Shown one piece after another: positions 27,272 to 35,911 of a stretch of 51,172 nt of DNA (position 1 is the first letter of the stretch; the number at the start of each line of letters is the position of its first letter). The translations under genes and the position numbers were made by a program. The stretch is from the NCBI GenBank assembly GCA_018902915.1, contig JAHIPS010000082.1:1-51172 (forward strand). Direction: 5' to 3'. The notes beneath the pieces were generated by a model that ran no database searches, was not told the DNA's origin, and saw only the letters and a list, made by a program, of their open reading frames with translations. This DNA is from Candidatus Omnitrophota bacterium. GTDB lineage: Bacteria; Omnitrophota; Gorgyraeia; Gorgyraeales; Gorgyraeaceae.

Positions 27272-30200
27272 ATGAGGGAAAATAAAGGTGTTGCGTTAAT
27301 ACTGGTGGTGAGCGTTTTGGCTGTCGCGGGCATAATGGCAGTGTCGTTCGCGTTTACCATGCGGCTGGAGCTGAAGGCCGCCACGAATTTTTTAGAGGCG
27401 ACACGAGCGTCGTATCTGGCAGAGGCTGGCGTGAGCTACGCGCAGTCAGTTTTGAAAGAGGACGAGAACGATATTGATAGCTTCGAAGACTCGTGGTACA
27501 CGCTCTTTACAGGCGCGGATGTTGATAATGACGATGATGGAGATCGAGATTCAAAATGGATATACGTGTATAACGAGCTGGATGAGCCGGTCGGCCGGTA
27601 CGCGGTTTTAGTAAGAGACGAGACAAGTTTTTTAAATATAAATATTGCCACAAAACAGAATATCTCTCCTTTAAAGGTCACGGAAGGATGGACGCCTTAC
27701 GAACTTGATCTTCAGAGATTTCTTTCCTATTTTGAATTGGACGATTCAGAAAAGACATACGAGGAACTCCTTGATTACAGGTATGGGCTGGATGGGGAGC
27801 CGGGTGAGGCAGGCCTGGATGACAATGGCAACCAGAGGATCCTTGGTTCAGACGGCATAGACAACAACTCCGACGGCATTATAGACGAGGCAGGCGAGGG
27901 CATTGACGAGCCAATGGAATTTTTCCCTGGCGCGCCCTATGGCGATGATAGAGCGTTCGAGACTCCATTCGAGCTAGCGAAGCTCGAAACAATAAAAGAC
28001 GATAGCTTTAAAAAGCTATACGCCTACGTTACTTCTTATTCAGTGGATGATAACCTGGACGTGGAAGGAAGGGTCAGGGAAAATATAAATTTCATGGACG
28101 CCGCGTCTCTTGCAATACTTTTAGAAGACGCTGGCGTGACCGACCCGTTTCAAAAGGCGGTCAATATCGCAGATGCCTGCGACGAGGATTTCAGCCAGAG
28201 CGTAATATCGAAATTATATAATAAATTATCTGCTATTAACAGGGGGCCGCAGGGCGACTGGGTATGGAATGGCAGCCGTTATGAAACCGATGTAAAAGAC
28301 GGCGAGCCAGTTACGGTCACATGGATAAATCTTCCTGAGGGCGAATTTTATATAGGTATGTTTGGCGTGGAAGATGAGCTGGTGGGCGATGTCACTATTA
28401 ATGGCATGACACAGCATTCAGTCAGGCATGGCGAGCTTCTGAGATTTGGCGCAATAGCATTTGAAAGCAGGATCCTGAACCTGTCCATTACAAACAGTGA
28501 AGAAGAGGGAGAGTTTTGTTATTTCTCGCATCTGGAATTATATCCGAGAGAGGGCGAGGAAAAGTTTAGCTCTTCCGAGATCAGGGGCGTGGAGGGCATA
28601 AGGATAAACGAGATAATGGTAAAACCTGTTATTACTAAAACTGTTTTAAGCGGCCAGGACCCGCGTGGTGATTGGGATCTTAATGGAAATTATTATATGA
28701 ACAATGACCCCAATGGCGGCAAACAGGGTGAAGGCAGCTGGACATGGAAGGATGTCCCTGATGGTAAATATTATGTAAGGGTGTTTGCGGGCATGACAGG
28801 CGAGTACGTAGGGGACGTGGAAATAAGTGGCGCGCGCTCAAGCAACATGCTGGATGGCGAGCTGTTCGGGGCCGGAAGGGTCATTACTGTTTCAGGAGGA
28901 AAACTAACCGTTAACATACAGAATAATCTTTCGTCAGGCTCGACATATTTTGGTTCAATTGAATTAAGGCAGGAGCCTGACGCCGAGTATATAGAACTGG
29001 TGAATCTTACGCCGAGAGATGTGGACCTTGGCGGCTGGAGCGTTGAAGGGCCGAGCAAGGAAGGCTGGCCCGCGTCTATCCCGCTTGGCACTGTTATCGG
29101 GTCTTACGAGCATATGGCGCTCTGTGTTGATAAAAATGATTCACAGGATGGCGTGAACGGAAATGGGATATCATTTTTTTCAATATGGGGCAAGGACAAA
29201 AAAGCAGCAGAGCTTCATTTTGTGCGTTCGATCACGCCCGATGCGGATTTGCTTTCTGACGAGCCTGAGCCAGGCGGGAATATCATAACATTAAAAGACG
29301 AGATGGGGCATGTGGTAGACCAGGTTGAATATTTTAGCGGCAATTTTTCTGACAACAAAAGTTTAGAACGTTCAGACCCGAGCTATATCGTGGATTCGAA
29401 TTCCAATGGCATCCCAGACGGGTGGTATACATCTGAAGCAGAGGATGGGGCCACGCCCGCGCTTCCGAATGACAATGACGGCATGACAGAAGAGATAGGC
29501 TCCGGGGAAGATATTGAAATAATAGAGCACGATGTAACAGAGGTCGTTGTTAAAAATAAAGGTTTTACATCTGTTGGGGAGATGGCGTTTGTTACCCTGG
29601 GCAGCAAGGAGTGGGAGAGCATGCCGCTCGAGGATGTAGCGAAGATCGCTGACAGGCTTACAGTGTTCGGAATCAGATTGGAAGCAGAAGGCCATGTTAT
29701 TGCTGGTTCCGGGAGCGGGTGGAAGTTTGTCCAGAGGGCCGCGCCTATGACAGATCATTTTGAAAGCGGGAAAATAGATTCTGTTGGCGCGTGGAAATGG
29801 GAAGAAAAAGATGGACTCAAGGACGGGTATTATACCTTGAGGATATTTGGAGGGGAAGAGGAGGAGATCGCAGTGTCCATGCATCTTGCTGATGATACAT
29901 GGACTACTTTTACGCCTTCTCTGTCGCCAGGTCCTGGCTGTAGTATATTGTTTGGCAACATAGAGGTTGGTACCGGAAGCGACATATCCACGCCTTCTGG
30001 CGAGCTGGAATTAAAGATAAAGAATTCATCGAAGACAGGCGGCGCGCATTTTGATTTCATACGCATGGATCCTGCAAATTCTATGGAGGGAAGGATTAAT
30101 ATAAATACAGCGTCAAAAAAGGTCATTGGCGTGATGCCTGGCATGAGTGAGGGGGGAGCGGATGATATTATAGCTGGCAGGGTTTACGGGAATAAAAACG

Positions 30201-30400
30201 GCCTGCGGCTCGGCATCGGAGATCTGATTGCAGGCGATGCATTGGGCTCAGAGGACGAGGATAAAAAGACCAGGTTCAAGCAGATCTCTAATCTCGTGAC
30301 CGTGCACTCTGACATATACAGGATTATCGTGACCGCGCAGACACTTGACGAGGGCCGGGTCCTATCCGAGAAAAAAATCTGGGCCATCTTCGATCGGTAA
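27272..30400 (+). CDS. Giant GspK/PilX-like minor (pseudo)pilin with lamin-tail domain, internal beta-sandwich repeats and Asp-rich loops
   Basis: Prepilin-like NKG|VALILVVSVL, ASYLAEAGV, DETSFLNIN, LTD motifs IRINEIMVKP and EYIELVN...VDLGGW, HhH GRININTAS, terminal VTVHSDIYRI. Confidence 0.8.
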   Translation: MRENKGVALILVVSVLAVAGIMAVSFAFTMRLELKAATNFLEATRASYLAEAGVSYAQSVLKEDENDIDSFEDSWYTLFTGADVDNDDDGDRDSKWIYVYNELDEPVGRYAVLVRDETSFLNINIATKQNISPLKVTEGWTPYELDLQRFLSYFELDDSEKTYEELLDYRYGLDGEPGEAGLDDNGNQRILGSDGIDNNSDGIIDEAGEGIDEPMEFFPGAPYGDDRAFETPFELAKLETIKDDSFKKLYAYVTSYSVDDNLDVEGRVRENINFMDAASLAILLEDAGVTDPFQKAVNIADACDEDFSQSVISKLYNKLSAINRGPQGDWVWNGSRYETDVKDGEPVTVTWINLPEGEFYIGMFGVEDELVGDVTINGMTQHSVRHGELLRFGAIAFESRILNLSITNSEEEGEFCYFSHLELYPREGEEKFSSSEIRGVEGIRINEIMVKPVITKTVLSGQDPRGDWDLNGNYYMNNDPNGGKQGEGSWTWKDVPDGKYYVRVFAGMTGEYVGDVEISGARSSNMLDGELFGAGRVITVSGGKLTVNIQNNLSSGSTYFGSIELRQEPDAEYIELVNLTPRDVDLGGWSVEGPSKEGWPASIPLGTVIGSYEHMALCVDKNDSQDGVNGNGISFFSIWGKDKKAAELHFVRSITPDADLLSDEPEPGGNIITLKDEMGHVVDQVEYFSGNFSDNKSLERSDPSYIVDSNSNGIPDGWYTSEAEDGATPALPNDNDGMTEEIGSGEDIEIIEHDVTEVVVKNKGFTSVGEMAFVTLGSKEWESMPLEDVAKIADRLTVFGIRLEAEGHVIAGSGSGWKFVQRAAPMTDHFESGKIDSVGAWKWEEKDGLKDGYYTLRIFGGEEEEIAVSMHLADDTWTTFTPSLSPGPGCSILFGNIEVGTGSDISTPSGELELKIKNSSKTGGAHFDFIRMDPANSMEGRININTASKKVIGVMPGMSEGGADDIIAGRVYGNKNGLRLGIGDLIAGDALGSEDEDKKTRFKQISNLVTVHSDIYRIIVTAQTLDEGRVLSEKKIWAIFDR

Positions 30401-30422
30401 TCTCTTTATTAATTTGATAGTA

Positions 30423-30597
30423 TCTTCCGGCAGGCTGGGGTCATTCGGCACTGGAATGATTTTGCCGTGCGCTACGGTTTACGACTCGCTTTTACTGTGG
30501 GGCTATCGCTGGCCAAACGTTCAAAGCTCGCCGTAATCCCTTGCGCACATCTGCCAAAATCTTCCTAATGTGCCTCAGACCCCAGCCTGCCGGAAGA
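30423..30597. repeat. ~175-bp long imperfect hairpin with 20-bp terminal inverted repeat
   Basis: TCTTCCGGCAGGCTGGGGTC pairs with GACCCCAGCCTGCCGGAAGA. Inner stems GATTTTG/CAAAATC, GTGCGC/GCGCAC, TACGG/CCGTA, GCTTT/AAAGC. Confidence 0.85.
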
Positions 30598-30630
30598 CCC
30601 AACACGTTTCTTATTTGACAAATCCGACGC

Positions 30631-30732
30631 GCCCCGTTCCAAATTCTAATCGATAATCGATTTATCGTTTGTAGCTGATTGCGTACAACTCTCATATATC
30701 ATTTACCGATACTTAAGAATTTGGAACGGGGC
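30631..30732. mobile_element. MITE-like element, copy 2 (102 bp)
   Basis: Same 17-bp TIR and near-identical interior as 532-634. Confidence 0.85.
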
Positions 30733-30833
30733 GAGCGTCCTTCCAAACCCTGCTGCCTGCTGACCGTGACTGAGGGATTATCAAACTTTCCCCTTGCATA
30801 TTCGGGATTTGGTATTATAATTATATCTAGCAT

Positions 30834-32630
30834 ATGAATAAGGTTAGAGATTATACCTTTATATTAAAGACCGCTGTGATCAGTGTCGCGGTCTTTTTTG
30901 TTTTTGTAGGGTCATCTGTTGCCAGTATCGCGAGCAGTGAAAATTATAAGCTCCACACTGCCATGGCAGATGGCGGAGGCGCGAGCGGCTCTTCAACGAG
31001 TTATAGCGCTGAAAATAGTGTTGGCTCGCCAATAGGAACAGAGATCACCATTGGCACTAACTACAAGATATATCCCGGTGTCCTTAGCACCTACAACACC
31101 ATACCTGAGGTTGCAGTCGCGTCCCATAATACGGGTGAGCTTATTGATGATGACACGCCTAAATTAGAATGGACCTACACAGACAAAGACGAAGATAGCC
31201 AGCGCTACTACCAGGTCCAGGTATCAAAGGATAATTTCCTGACAGCTATAGTAGATTCCGGGCTTATTGAATCTAGCGATACCAGTTTTACCACGCCGAT
31301 TCTGCCCACGGATGAGGCAGGAGTCAGTTACAGATGGCGTGTCAGGACCAGCGATGGTTATGATTATTCAGGATGGGAAGTTGCCACAAATGGTTTCAGG
31401 CTTACCACAGCGGCAATGGAGGTTCCTATAATATGGGCGAAGGTATCCGCAGTAGGCGATGAGGTTCCTTCTAAACTATGGCAGGATTGCGGCGCGCCTT
31501 ACATGTATTGGGACTACCCGGTTACAGGACAGACAGTGGCTGGTTATAGCTATGCGTGGGGAAGCGTGCCCAATGATGATCTTGATACAGCAGGCGAATC
31601 TTACCAGACGCCTGGTGATCTGCTCTCTGACGGCATAAGGGTGTTTAACCTGAAGGCGCAGAATACAGCTGGCAGCTGGAGCGAGACAGCGTCATTTGAG
31701 ATATGGATAGACAGGGCAGCTCCGGTAGTGGGCATGTATTCTCCTACAAACAGCTCTACCATATCAACAGACACGCCTACGATCTCAATCAGCGTTTCAG
31801 ACGAGAATAGCGGTGTGGTGACAGACGGCATTGATATGACGATAAATAGATCAAGCGTCAGGGCGACATATGACGAGGGCGCCGGGAGAGTTGTTTATAT
31901 ACCTTCCATACCTTTAAGCGAAGGCGACAATGTTGTTTCTCTTAAGGTGAGCGATTTGGTTGGAAATACAACATCGCCCCTTGTCTGGAGTTTTGTGGTT
32001 GATACAAGAGGCCCGAGCGGCTCTATTATTATAAACAATCAGGACGCGCTTACGAATTCTATTTATGTCAATCTCACGTTGAGCGCGTCTGACTCAACAA
32101 CAGGGGTGAATTCCATGTCGATCTCGAACGACGGCGTCTTTGATAGAGAGGGCTGGGAGAATTTCGCTACAAAGAGGGACAGCTGGGGACTTCCAGCTAT
32201 AAGCGGCACCAGAAAGGTCTATGTAAAGTTTAAGGATAATGCAGGGAATGAATCAGAGATATTCAGCGATACGATCGAGCTCATTATAATAGCGCCGGAC
32301 ACCATCATAACCAGCGGCCCGAGCCTGTCCACAAAATCCAGCAAGGCCTTATTTACCTTTAAGGCGACTGTGTATGGCTGTGTGTTCAGGTGGAAGTTTG
32401 ACGACGAGGAATGGTCAGACTTCTCCAGCGATACTTCTATTGAGAAAGAGGATCTGGCAGACGGCAATCATTACTTCAAGGTCCAGGCTGCAAAAGATGT
32501 CAATAATAACGGCGAGATCGACGCTGATGAGGTAGACCCTGTGCCGGAAGAAAGGACCTGGACCATAGGTGAGATAGCAAGGCCTGATATGCCCAAAAAA
32601 CGGCCTTTTAGATTCTGGAAAAAGGAATAG
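30834..32630 (+). CDS. Secreted FN3/Ig-like domain protein
   Basis: Signal peptide; TPKLEWTY...YQVQVS...YRWRVR (FN3-like); Ig-like repeats (LSEGDNVVSLKVSDLVGN, VYVKFKDNAGN); DVNNNGEID loop. Upstream TTGCAT-16-TATAAT promoter (30794-30821). Confidence 0.8.
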   Translation: MNKVRDYTFILKTAVISVAVFFVFVGSSVASIASSENYKLHTAMADGGGASGSSTSYSAENSVGSPIGTEITIGTNYKIYPGVLSTYNTIPEVAVASHNTGELIDDDTPKLEWTYTDKDEDSQRYYQVQVSKDNFLTAIVDSGLIESSDTSFTTPILPTDEAGVSYRWRVRTSDGYDYSGWEVATNGFRLTTAAMEVPIIWAKVSAVGDEVPSKLWQDCGAPYMYWDYPVTGQTVAGYSYAWGSVPNDDLDTAGESYQTPGDLLSDGIRVFNLKAQNTAGSWSETASFEIWIDRAAPVVGMYSPTNSSTISTDTPTISISVSDENSGVVTDGIDMTINRSSVRATYDEGAGRVVYIPSIPLSEGDNVVSLKVSDLVGNTTSPLVWSFVVDTRGPSGSIIINNQDALTNSIYVNLTLSASDSTTGVNSMSISNDGVFDREGWENFATKRDSWGLPAISGTRKVYVKFKDNAGNESEIFSDTIELIIIAPDTIITSGPSLSTKSSKALFTFKATVYGCVFRWKFDDEEWSDFSSDTSIEKEDLADGNHYFKVQAAKDVNNNGEIDADEVDPVPEERTWTIGEIARPDMPKKRPFRFWKKE

Positions 32631-32640
32631 CCTCCCTCCC

Positions 32641-32669
32641 TTGACAAATACCATCAGGTAGTATATAGT
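32641..32669 (+). promoter_or_regulatory. sigma70 promoter of the HTH-pilMNOP-secretin operon
   Basis: TTGACA 32641-32646, 17 bp spacer, TATAGT 32664-32669. The spacer contains the palindrome TACC-atca-GGTA. Confidence 0.7.
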
Positions 32670-32675
32670 TGTACC

Positions 32676-32727
32676 AACCCCTATCAGCAGCAGTTGCCTT
32701 ATTGTGACTGTGCGATAGGGGTTTTTT
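32676..32727 (+). terminator. Terminator-like hairpin directly after the promoter
   Basis: AACCCCTATC pairs with GATAGGGGTT, followed by a T-run. Confidence 0.65.
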
Positions 32728-32732
32728 GTCTC

Positions 32733-32769
32733 TATTTGACAAAACGTGCAATGCTCATTTTGTCAAATA
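32733..32769. repeat. TATTTGACAAAA-N13-TTTTGTCAAATA inverted repeat
   Basis: 12-bp perfect arms, related to the palindromes at 4402-4458 and 8030-8066. Confidence 0.75.
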
Positions 32770-32783
32770 TTGTGGAGGGGGAT

Positions 32784-32972
32784 ATGAATAAGGAAAGATA
32801 TTATTCAACAACAGAAGCTGCCGGGTTTTTAGGCATATCCAAGCAGACCCTGATCCGCTATGAGAACAAGAGGATATTCCCCAGGTCCAAGCGCAATGCT
32901 GTTAATGGATGGAGAGAGTACACAGAGGATGAGATACGAAAGCTAAGGGTCATAATGGGAAGGGCCAGATAA
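32784..32972 (+). CDS. Stand-alone MerR-type HTH DNA-binding protein (62 aa)
   Basis: YSTTEAAGFLGISKQTLIRYE...RNAVNGWREYTEDEI; RBS GGAGGGGG; stop overlaps the pilM start. Confidence 0.85.
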   Translation: MNKERYYSTTEAAGFLGISKQTLIRYENKRIFPRSKRNAVNGWREYTEDEIRKLRVIMGRAR

Positions 32973-34498
32973 TGCGCAAATTTAACAAGACCTCTATAGG
33001 GTTGGATATCGGCACCCGCTTTATAAAGTTTGTCGAGCTCAAAAGGACAGGTGACGCCATTGCGCTCTCGAGGTGCGGTATAAAGGAAATCCCTCAGGAG
33101 GAAAATATTGACAGGGACCAGGTCGTCCTCCAATTGATCTCGCAATTGTTTTCCGAGAACAATATAAAGGCCCGCAGCGTAAACATCTCGGCAGGCGGCC
33201 AGTCTGTGTTCGTGAGATTCGTAAAACTCCTTCAGGTAAAAGAGGAGAAGCTCAAACAGACAATGAAGTTCGAGGCCCAGAATCAGATACCGTTTCCTTT
33301 AAACGAGGTGGCATGGGATTGGTCCTTGCTGGACAAGGACAAGAAGACCACGAAAAAGGCGGTCATAGTCGCCATAAAAAAGAATCTCGTGGAAGGCATG
33401 GTCTCAAATTTAAAATCCATAAAGCTTGCCACTGACGTAATAGATGTCTCGCCCATAGTTCTCTATAACTCTATGGCATTTAATGAAGATTACAGCCAGG
33501 AAAAACTCGGGGCGATACTGGATATAGGAGTCAAGGTTACGAACCTCGTTATATTTAAAGGCGGGAATATCTGGATAAGAAGTTTTCCTATAGCCTCGGA
33601 GAGGATAGAAGGGGCAAAAGATCAGGGCATGGAGGAATTCATAGGAGAGGTAGAGCGTTCAATAGAATATTATTTTATGCAGGGTGAAGAGCCAGCGCAG
33701 GGCGATAAAAAACTGGACGACCTGGTCCTGACAGGAGGCGGCAGCTCTATAGAAGGTATAGAGTCTAAGCTGGCTGCGAAGTTCAATGTAAAACCAAGGG
33801 CCCTGGACCCATTCAAGAGGTTAAAAGTAGAGCAGCATATATTTTCAGATCTGGATGAAAAAACGAGCAAAAATAGATTCGCGATAGCGACTGGATTGGC
33901 GCTGAGGGGCGTGACAGATTTAAAGATAGAGGTGAATTTCCTAAAAGAGATGCTTTCCGAGACACGCCTTTCAAAAGAAAAGGTTTTATATTCGCGCTTC
34001 TCCATCGCGATGGCCGCAATAATAACAGTGAGCTTTTCTATGTTTATGAGGCAGGATTATTCTGTAAAGAGATTAAAACTGGACAGTGTCGGCGAGATGC
34101 TGGATATATATGGGACCTATGAGCCAAAGATAAAAAAGATACAGAACGAGGAAGATGTTTTAAAGGAAAAGATCGGGGTTTTGTATCAGACAGCTGACTC
34201 AAGGGCCGTATGGCTGGATGTATTCAGGATAATATCTGAGATGTTGCCCAAGGATGTATGGATTACAGATGTCTCTGGTATCGTGTCTCTGGAAAAGGGC
34301 GGGCCTGGGAGGCTCGATCTTAGCGGCAAGGCAATGTCGTATCAGGATGTAAATGACTTTGTGTCGTCTCTAAAATCCTCGCCCAGTTTCAAGGACGTCA
34401 AGCCGTTATCCTCTTCCATAGAGACGGATGAAATTACAGGCGAGGAGATAGTGAAGTTTTCGATAACAATGGATGTCGTTGTGACAGAACAAGGGTGA
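32972..34498 (+). CDS. pilM: PilM-PilN fusion (type IV pilus alignment complex)
   Basis: Actin-like motifs IGLDIG, ILDIG, VLTGGGS; then VNFL, one TM and a PilN-like domain (LPKDVWIT...LSGKA...VNDFVSSLK). Confidence 0.85.
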   Translation: MRKFNKTSIGLDIGTRFIKFVELKRTGDAIALSRCGIKEIPQEENIDRDQVVLQLISQLFSENNIKARSVNISAGGQSVFVRFVKLLQVKEEKLKQTMKFEAQNQIPFPLNEVAWDWSLLDKDKKTTKKAVIVAIKKNLVEGMVSNLKSIKLATDVIDVSPIVLYNSMAFNEDYSQEKLGAILDIGVKVTNLVIFKGGNIWIRSFPIASERIEGAKDQGMEEFIGEVERSIEYYFMQGEEPAQGDKKLDDLVLTGGGSSIEGIESKLAAKFNVKPRALDPFKRLKVEQHIFSDLDEKTSKNRFAIATGLALRGVTDLKIEVNFLKEMLSETRLSKEKVLYSRFSIAMAAIITVSFSMFMRQDYSVKRLKLDSVGEMLDIYGTYEPKIKKIQNEEDVLKEKIGVLYQTADSRAVWLDVFRIISEMLPKDVWITDVSGIVSLEKGGPGRLDLSGKAMSYQDVNDFVSSLKSSPSFKDVKPLSSSIETDEITGEEIVKFSITMDVVVTEQG

Positions 34499-34568
34499 TG
34501 TCATTGCGAGGCCCGAAGGGCCGAAGCAATCTCAAAAAAGAGATTGCTTCGCTTCGCTCGCAATGACA
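34499..34568. repeat. REP/RPE-like cloverleaf TGTCATTGCGAG...CTCGCAATGACA
   Basis: 12-bp outer arms; inner hairpins GGCCC-GAA-GGGCC and CGAAGCAATCTC/GAGATTGCTTCG. Confidence 0.9.
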
Positions 34569-35345
34569 GTAGAAGTTATGCTTAAAACGCAAAGAGAAAA
34601 GACGATTTTAAAACAGGGTCTGATAGCTGTCGGCGTTATAGCGGGGCTCTATGTATTTATACTGAGCCCGTTTTTAAGAGAAGGAAGCTCTATATTGGAC
34701 GACGAGTTAGAGCGAAAGACAAGGGAGATAAAAAAGTACATCGCGGCCACGGGTTCTTTTCCGTCAAAAGAGAGTTTTGATAAATTGGAAAAGGAAGGCA
34801 TGGCATTGCAGCGAAAATTTGAAGAGCTGGCGGATTTTATAGATCCTGAAAAGACGCGCATCTCTGATGCCAGTTCAGAGGCAGGCCTTTATTTTATAGA
34901 AAAACTGCACGATTTAATGAAGAGATTTTCAGAAGAAGCGAGCTCGAAAGGCGTGGAGCTTCCCGAGAACCTGGGATTTGGCGACGGCCTTCCAAAGGAG
35001 AGCATGGTCGAGTCACTCTTGAGGCAGCTCGAGACAGCGGAGCTTGCGATCAGCGTGTTACTGGAAAGTGAGACAATAGAATTTTCAGCGATAAAACCAT
35101 TAAAATCCATCGAGTACATAGAGCCGTTAAGCAAGGATGTTTTATATACTGAGTTGCCGCTACAGATTTCAATGAGACTGGACACGGATGCATTTGTAAA
35201 TCTTTTGCTGGAGCTCAAGAACGCCAGTCCAATAGTTTCAGTGAAAGAGGTGCATATAAAGAGCGACGAGGAAAACCTGGGCGATATAGAAGCGAGCCTG
35301 GTATTAAGTACCTTTAGGGTGGCGCGGCGGGGAACAGAGAAATGA
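34563..35345 (+). CDS. PilO/GspM-like protein
   Basis: One N-terminal TM, coiled coil, ferredoxin-like C-terminus (ELPLQI...FVNLLLEL...IVSVKEVHI); follows pilMN. Alternative start at 34578. Confidence 0.7.
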   Translation: MTVEVMLKTQREKTILKQGLIAVGVIAGLYVFILSPFLREGSSILDDELERKTREIKKYIAATGSFPSKESFDKLEKEGMALQRKFEELADFIDPEKTRISDASSEAGLYFIEKLHDLMKRFSEEASSKGVELPENLGFGDGLPKESMVESLLRQLETAELAISVLLESETIEFSAIKPLKSIEYIEPLSKDVLYTELPLQISMRLDTDAFVNLLLELKNASPIVSVKEVHIKSDEENLGDIEASLVLSTFRVARRGTEK

Positions 35346-35911
35346 TTACAAAGGAAAAGATTATTTTCTGGCCGCTTTTAGCGATAGCAATAGGGGTATT
35401 TATATTTGGCTTTATATCACAGGGTAAGAAAAAAGAGGCGCTGGATGGACTGCTTAAGGATATTGAGTTAGCGACAAAGAAATCAAAGGCAAAGAAGAAG
35501 GCGCTCATTAAGGATAAATGGGATTTTGAGGACGTAAAGGTAAAGGAGGAGATGAGCGCGTACGACCTTCTTTTAAAAAGGAGCCCGTTTTTCAAGGTCG
35601 TGCCTGAAGGAAAGGTCAAAAGCGTAGAGCCGATCGTAGTTGAAAAAGAAGAACCCATGGAGCCCCTGTTCAAGTATAAAGGCAGGGTTATGATGGGTGA
35701 GAAGGTCATGGTTGTTATTGAGGACCAGGGCACGGGAAAGAGCTATTTTGCTAAAGAAGGCGATACGATAGGGGATTTCCTGGTCTCCAGCATAGACGAC
35801 AAGGAAGTCGTGCTTCATAAAAAAGGCGGCGACGAGATAGTCTTAAGCGTTGCCAAGAAAAAACAAGAGGAACAAGGAAAAGAAAAAGATGAAGAAACAG
35901 ACGACTTATAA
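35342..35911 (+). CDS. PilP/GspC-like protein
   Basis: TM, RSPFF, FKYKGRVM...VVIED...YFAKEGDTIGDFLVSSI (HR-like domain); precedes the secretin. Confidence 0.7.
   Translation: MITKEKIIFWPLLAIAIGVFIFGFISQGKKKEALDGLLKDIELATKKSKAKKKALIKDKWDFEDVKVKEEMSAYDLLLKRSPFFKVVPEGKVKSVEPIVVEKEEPMEPLFKYKGRVMMGEKVMVVIEDQGTGKSYFAKEGDTIGDFLVSSIDDKEVVLHKKGGDEIVLSVAKKKQEEQGKEKDEETDDL

Noticed and set aside
30492-30695. 67-aa minus-strand ORF sharing IWNGA with the BioD N-terminus
   Set aside because: The shared peptide is just the translated TIR of the palindromic element; there is no evidence of a real gene.
32694-32783. Longer start for the MerR-type HTH
   Set aside because: It runs through a terminator and a palindrome; the strong RBS supports ATG 32784.
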